A program made the translations under genes and the position numbers. Shown here in pieces: positions 59,492 to 64,000 of a stretch of 64,000 bases of DNA; the first letter of the stretch is position 1, and each line of letters opens with the position of its first letter. The DNA lies in assembly GCA_963663225.1 (NCBI GenBank), contig OY760142.1, positions 1,472,001 through 1,536,000 on the forward strand, written 5' to 3'. Below the pieces are notes generated by a model, which saw only the letters and a program-made list of their open reading frames with translations, had not been told where the DNA came from and ran no database searches. Source of the stretch: Nitrospirota bacterium (lineage in GTDB: Bacteria; Nitrospirota; UBA9217).

Positions 59492-60844
59492 CTATGAGTT
59501 GGTCTTAATCTTTCGCTTTAACGTGGATAAGGATATTCCCAGGGCTTTTGCTGTTTTTGTAAAATTATTTCCAAGTAGTTCCAGCGCATACCGGATATGC
59601 CTTTTTTCCAGTTCATCGAGAGAGATAATTTCGTGCGAATTTGCCGGCTGTGCGTCCGGCACAGGGGCCGGAGGATTTTTTTTCTGATCAAGCAGCAGGG
59701 ACGGGCGGAGTTCCGCACCATGCTGAAGCATCAGGGAGCGCTCCAGGACATTTCTGAGTTCGCGCACATTGCCCGGCCAATCATATGCCATAAGCTGCTT
59801 CTGTTCCTCGGAAGACAGGGCCGTTATTTTGTTTGCATTCAAGGTTCCCAGCAGATAGTTGGAGAGTGCCGGAATATCGCCGCGCCGCTCCCGCAAAGGC
59901 GGAAGGTGGATCTGCAGCACGCTGAGTCGATAAAAAAGGTCTTTGCGGAAGGTTTTGCCTGTAGCGCTGCTTAAGTCGACACCGGTTGCGGCTATGATAC
60001 GGACATTAACAGACCGGGCGGACGTCCCGCCCAGCTTGCGTACAAGCTTGTCATCGATCACGCTCAAAAGCTTGGCCTGCAGGTGCGGAGGCATTTCCCC
60101 AATTTCGTCGAGAAACAGGGTGCCGCCTTCCGCCATCTCAAAGATGCCCTTTCGTGACGCAGCTGCGCCGGTAAACGCCCCTTTCTCATAGCCGAACAGC
60201 TCCGCTTCAATCAATGTTTCGGGCAAGGCGGCACAGTTTATGCTGATGAACGGTGCCGAATTTCTTGCACTTTGGTAATGAATTGTTTTTGCCAGCATTG
60301 TTTTGCCGGTACCTGTTTCTCCGGTGATGAGAACCGGCGAGTCGGAGCGTGCGGCAAGCTCCTTCATTTTCATGATTTCGCCCAGATTTTCTCCACCGAT
60401 AAAAACCGTTTCTGCATTTTCGCGAGTTCCTCGATAGTTCTGAAGCTGCTCATATCGTTCCAGTTCCAGAGTCCTAAGCGCTTGCCCGACCGCCAGACGC
60501 AGTGCCTCAAGTTCAAAAGGTTTTGTCAGGTAATCATATGCACCCTGCCTTATGGCCGCCACGGCATGCTCAAAGCTGGGATAAGCGGTTGCAAAAATGA
60601 TTTTAGTTTGGTCGTTGTATTTCAGAATTTCGGGGCAGAGCGTGTGGCCTTCCGCGTCCGGAAGCTGCTGATCAAGCAGCACGACGTCGACTGTTTGGCG
60701 GGAGCATACGGTGATTCCTTCTTGTGCGGTGTGTGCCGTGAGCACAGCAATTTTCCCCTTGTCAAAGTAATCTTTTACCGCCTCGGCATATATCCTGTCA
60801 TCGTCAATGACAAGTAATGTCTTTTCACCATCGCGCTGCACCAC
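59492..60844 (-). CDS. Sigma-54-dependent response regulator (NtrC-family enhancer-binding protein)
   Basis: REC (IDDD, LLD, KP), GETGTGKT, GAFTGA, FLDEIG, WPGNVREL, Fis-type HTH; GGGAGG RBS before GTG 60844 (ATG 60871 is an alternative). Confidence 0.95.
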   Translation of the reverse strand: MVQRDGEKTLLVIDDDRIYAEAVKDYFDKGKIAVLTAHTAQEGITVCSRQTVDVVLLDQQLPDAEGHTLCPEILKYNDQTKIIFATAYPSFEHAVAAIRQGAYDYLTKPFELEALRLAVGQALRTLELERYEQLQNYRGTRENAETVFIGGENLGEIMKMKELAARSDSPVLITGETGTGKTMLAKTIHYQSARNSAPFISINCAALPETLIEAELFGYEKGAFTGAAASRKGIFEMAEGGTLFLDEIGEMPPHLQAKLLSVIDDKLVRKLGGTSARSVNVRIIAATGVDLSSATGKTFRKDLFYRLSVLQIHLPPLRERRGDIPALSNYLLGTLNANKITALSSEEQKQLMAYDWPGNVRELRNVLERSLMLQHGAELRPSLLLDQKKNPPAPVPDAQPANSHEIISLDELEKRHIRYALELLGNNFTKTAKALGISLSTLKRKIKTNS

Positions 60845-61135
60845 AACAGCCTCCCTCTCATTACATACCATATGCTGCTTTTTAGCTGTAGTTGGTGCAA
60901 ATGTACGCGGAGGAAGCAGTTTTGTCAAGAGGAAGGATTTGCAATGAAGCAATACGGACAGAGGCCGATATAAACCCTGGGTAATTGAACTGTCACGGGA
61001 AAGCATACGTCCATTTTGAAATAACTATACAGAAAATTCTTGATTTTTTGGCATGGTCCGATGGTTGGGAAGAAGGAGTAAATAAATTTTTTTGATAAAA
61101 CTAAAAATTGCAATAAGGGTATCAGCTCGACATAA

Positions 61136-61168
61136 GCCGGAGTGCTCCGCAGTCGCGGAGACTCCGGC
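61136..61168 (-). terminator. Strong hairpin downstream of the rpoS-like gene
   Basis: GCCGGAGT-g-CTCCGC-agtc-GCGGAG-ACTCCGGC. Confidence 0.5.
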
Positions 61169-61184
61169 ATGAACGGCTTCAGTG

Positions 61185-62159
61185 TTACAGCATTTCTTCA
61201 AGACTGATGGTCCTGGTTGTGGTGATGTTCCTGAGCTTCTTGAGCGCCTGCTCCTGGATTTGCCTTACCCGTTCCCGGGTAATTTTGAGGGCTTTACCGA
61301 TGCTGTCCAGGGTCCGTGGTTTTTCGCCGTCCAGTCCAAACCGCAATTCAATGACTTCCCGTTCAATATCGCGAAGTTCTGCAAGCCACTCATCGATATG
61401 TTTCCGTTTGCGGATTTCATCCGAGGCTTCCATGGGAGAAAAAGCTTTTTCATCCTCAAGAACGCTTTGAAGTGTGTCCTCCTCGTGATCCCCGATCAGC
61501 ATATCCAGAGAATACGTTTCGCGGAGCACTTGAGACAGGCTTCGCACTTTATCGATGCTGATGTTCATTTTTTTTGCAATTTCATCCAGGCCGGGTTCAC
61601 GGCCAAGTTCCTGCGTCAGGGAGCGCACTGTCGCAGAATATGAGTGTACCATGCCCGCGACATGCACCGGAAGACGAATGATCCGGGCTTGATTTACAAT
61701 AGCCCGTTCGATTGCCTGTCTGATCCACCAAACGGCATACGTGCTGAATTTCAAACCGCGCTGATACTGAAACTTTTCGACCGCCCTGATAAGGCCGAGA
61801 TTGCCCTCTTCCAGAATGTCGGCAAAGGGCAGCCCCCGGTTGATATATTTTTTGCCGACGGCAACCACGAGCCGAAGGTTTGATTCGATCATGGCCTTAC
61901 GGGCCCGGTCATCTCCCTCGGCAATTCTTTTTCCCAAGGTCTGCTCTTCCGCAAATGTGAGAAGAGGAAAGCTTCTGATGTCTTTGAGGTAGTATTTAAC
62001 TGCATCCAGGTCCTTTGCAGGGGTCCGGCCGCGTTCCTTAATCTGATCGAACTTGCTGCCTGAATCTTCGCGCGCTATTTCCATTCTCTCGTCAAGTTGA
62101 AGATCAGGTTCAAGAAAATCCGACACTGACAACTCAGGTTCCATAGTCATTGTGCTCAT
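61185..62159 (-). CDS. RpoS-like group 2 sigma-70 factor
   Basis: [62 protein letters not shown]; no region 1.1; GAGGAG RBS. Confidence 0.9.
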   Translation of the reverse strand: MSTMTMEPELSVSDFLEPDLQLDERMEIAREDSGSKFDQIKERGRTPAKDLDAVKYYLKDIRSFPLLTFAEEQTLGKRIAEGDDRARKAMIESNLRLVVAVGKKYINRGLPFADILEEGNLGLIRAVEKFQYQRGLKFSTYAVWWIRQAIERAIVNQARIIRLPVHVAGMVHSYSATVRSLTQELGREPGLDEIAKKMNISIDKVRSLSQVLRETYSLDMLIGDHEEDTLQSVLEDEKAFSPMEASDEIRKRKHIDEWLAELRDIEREVIELRFGLDGEKPRTLDSIGKALKITRERVRQIQEQALKKLRNITTTRTISLEEML

Positions 62160-62265
62160 TATTGTCTCCTCGTTCTTCGTTTGGAAATGCATAAAAATGC
62201 AACGTATTGTTTTTGTTTATGGTACAGGATGGTTCTGTAATTTGTTGCGGGCAATACGCTACTCT

Positions 62266-62283
62266 ATGCAAACAGGAGGCCAA
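62266..62283 (-). promoter_or_regulatory. Sigma-54 (-24/-12) promoter of the rpoS-like gene
   Basis: Minus strand TTGGCCTCCTGTTTGCAT = TGGC-N9-GC, about 110 nt upstream of the ATG, with an AT-rich tract further upstream. Confidence 0.65.
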
Positions 62284-62554
62284 GACAAAAAATAATAAAG
62301 GATTAAATAAATCAGTATGTTAACGAGTAAAAAGTTATAAAAAAATGCGGACCCATTCAAAATGACCTATCTATTTTGTGGTAGCATTCATTTTCAACAG
62401 TCTTTAACAAAAATTTTTTCGCTGCATCATAAATAATGAGAGGAAATGATATCTGCATAAAATGACGCGGAGGTAATTGATGGCAAGCAGGAAGCTGTAA
62501 TGGGAAGCGTTGCGTGACAGAAAGGAATTACAAATAGTGCAGCGTGGTTGTCTG

Positions 62555-63400
62555 TTACTGTGTGACGAGAATATTATCAATCAATCTTGTACGTCCCAGC
62601 CGGACTGCGACCAGTATGGCCATTCTCGGTGTGGTAGTGGAGAGCGGAGCAAGGGTCTCCGGATCGACAATTGCGATGTAGTCAATGCTGAATTTTTCTT
62701 CTTGCGTCAGTATGCGGTGCATTTCAAGCCGAATTTTCTCCGGTTCATTCATGCCTGACTTCACCAATTGTTCAGCAGCAGAAAGAGCTTTAAAAATCGT
62801 TGCTGCAACCTGGCGCTCTCCGGTATTTAAGTACGTATTGCGGGAACTCATTGCAAGGCCATCCGTCTCGCGAATGGTAGGCTGAACGCATATTTTGACA
62901 TCCATGTTCAGCTCCTGTACCATATGTTTAATCACCATGCACTGCTGGTAATCTTTTTGGCCGAAAAAAGCAGCATGGGGTTTGACAATATTGAAGAGTT
63001 TCGCCACCACCGTTGCGACACCGCGATAATGACCCGGCCTTATGGCACCTTCCAGTATGTCGGATATGCCGTCCACCGTAACGAAAACAAAAGGTTTTTT
63101 CGGATACATTTCCTGTGGATCGGGCATAAAGAGAAAATCAACTCCGGCTGTTTTGCACTTTAAGCAGTCTCCTTCATGATCCCGCGGATAACGGTCGAGG
63201 TCTTCCGTGGGCCCGAATTGAGTCGGATTGACAAAAATACTGGCACAGACGATATCAGATTCCTGTCGAGCCTGCCGCATGAGAGAAAGATGGCCCTCGT
63301 GCAAAAAACCCATGGTGGGGACAAAACCGATTCTTTGCCCCTGTTTTCTGGCGGAATCTGCCAGCGACTGCATTTCAGATAGGTGAGTAATTATGCGCAT
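62555..63400 (-). CDS. panC: Pantoate--beta-alanine ligase
   Basis: FVPTMGFLHEGH, SIFVNPTQF, FGQKDYQQ, GLAMSSRN, RLIDN. Confidence 0.98.
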   Translation of the reverse strand: MRIITHLSEMQSLADSARKQGQRIGFVPTMGFLHEGHLSLMRQARQESDIVCASIFVNPTQFGPTEDLDRYPRDHEGDCLKCKTAGVDFLFMPDPQEMYPKKPFVFVTVDGISDILEGAIRPGHYRGVATVVAKLFNIVKPHAAFFGQKDYQQCMVIKHMVQELNMDVKICVQPTIRETDGLAMSSRNTYLNTGERQVAATIFKALSAAEQLVKSGMNEPEKIRLEMHRILTQEEKFSIDYIAIVDPETLAPLSTTTPRMAILVAVRLGRTRLIDNILVTQ

Positions 63401-63484
63401 AAATTTCGGCCGGACACGTGTGGTCGCACGTGCCAGCCCCGCTCCGTAGGTCGAGTTTTTTGATAAACAGATATCTCCGAATCG

Positions 63485-63910
63485 CTATTTCCCGAGCAGG
63501 TTCATAAATGTGTCGTGGTGCTTTTCTTCGTCTGCGAGAATTTCCTCGAACAATAAGCGCGTGGTTGAATCGCTTTCCGATACTGCTTGCTTAATGATTT
63601 CCTTGTAGAGGTCAATGGCCTCTTCTTCCGCGCGTGCATCCGCTTCAAGCATTTCCTTTGTTGATGTCACTACCGTGATAGGGTCCGGCTTGGTGGTCGG
63701 TATGACATTAAAATAGAAGAGCCGTTCGGCTATTTTCTCCGCGTGCTTCATTTCCGCAATTGCCACCTTTTCGAATACGTCGGAGAGGCCGGCTGATTCA
63801 AGCCCTTTTGCCATGACATGCTGCCACATATATTGAACACTCACCTGGATTTCCCGTGCAATGGCGCTGTTCATCATATCCGTTAGTTTGCTGCTTGCTT
63901 TCTGTACCAT
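63485..63910 (-). CDS. Ferritin-like diiron protein (bacterioferritin-like)
   Basis: E...QY, EMKHAE, EEEAI..Y, DEEKH ferroxidase pattern; AGGAG RBS. Confidence 0.88.
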   Translation of the reverse strand: MVQKASSKLTDMMNSAIAREIQVSVQYMWQHVMAKGLESAGLSDVFEKVAIAEMKHAEKIAERLFYFNVIPTTKPDPITVVTSTKEMLEADARAEEEAIDLYKEIIKQAVSESDSTTRLLFEEILADEEKHHDTFMNLLGK

Positions 63911-64000
63911 GGGTATTCTCCTTTCGTATTAATACTGACGTCGCCGTTGGTGACACAACTGAAAACGGACTCTTCGTCCGCATCAGCGTTCCTGTTTGCA

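Overview
A 64 kb bacterial chromosomal window. Gene content suggests an anaerobic or microaerophilic diderm, probably Nitrospirota or a deltaproteobacteria-like lineage (inference only). I saw no rRNA, tRNA, tmRNA, CRISPR array, integrase or transposase. Housekeeping genes: priA 3' end, smpB, pntA1/A2/B, xseB-ispA-dxs, tlyA, mreBCD-mrdA-rodA, a B12 radical SAM fusion, rng, an rpoS-like sigma factor and panC. The top candidate for an undescribed system is absent from the ORF track: a 40-codon peptide gene at 4655-4777 with a perfect Shine-Dalgarno, ending C-H-K-UGA-K-S-UGA-K-S-UAA (C-x-x-U-x-x-U if UGA is read as selenocysteine). It is followed by a SECIS-like hairpin and a radical SAM/SPASM gene, so it may be a di-selenocysteine RiPP system. 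Other unusual items: (1) a group 4 [NiFe]-hydrogenase operon whose FdhF-like subunit lacks the catalytic residues and which carries an AsrAB-like NAD(P) module; (2) an MshEN (c-di-GMP receptor)-GroES fusion; (3) a GntR-controlled operon with a divergent glycerate kinase, an enolase paralogue missing catalytic residues and a Tct transporter; (4) sigma-54 promoter motifs upstream of the rpoS-like gene and a CheY-like gene, on either side of an NtrC-type activator; (5) three tandem pseudo-receiver-PilZ genes; (6) an exact in-frame 171-bp duplication inside the B12 radical SAM gene. All family calls come from recognising motifs by eye; no database searches were run.
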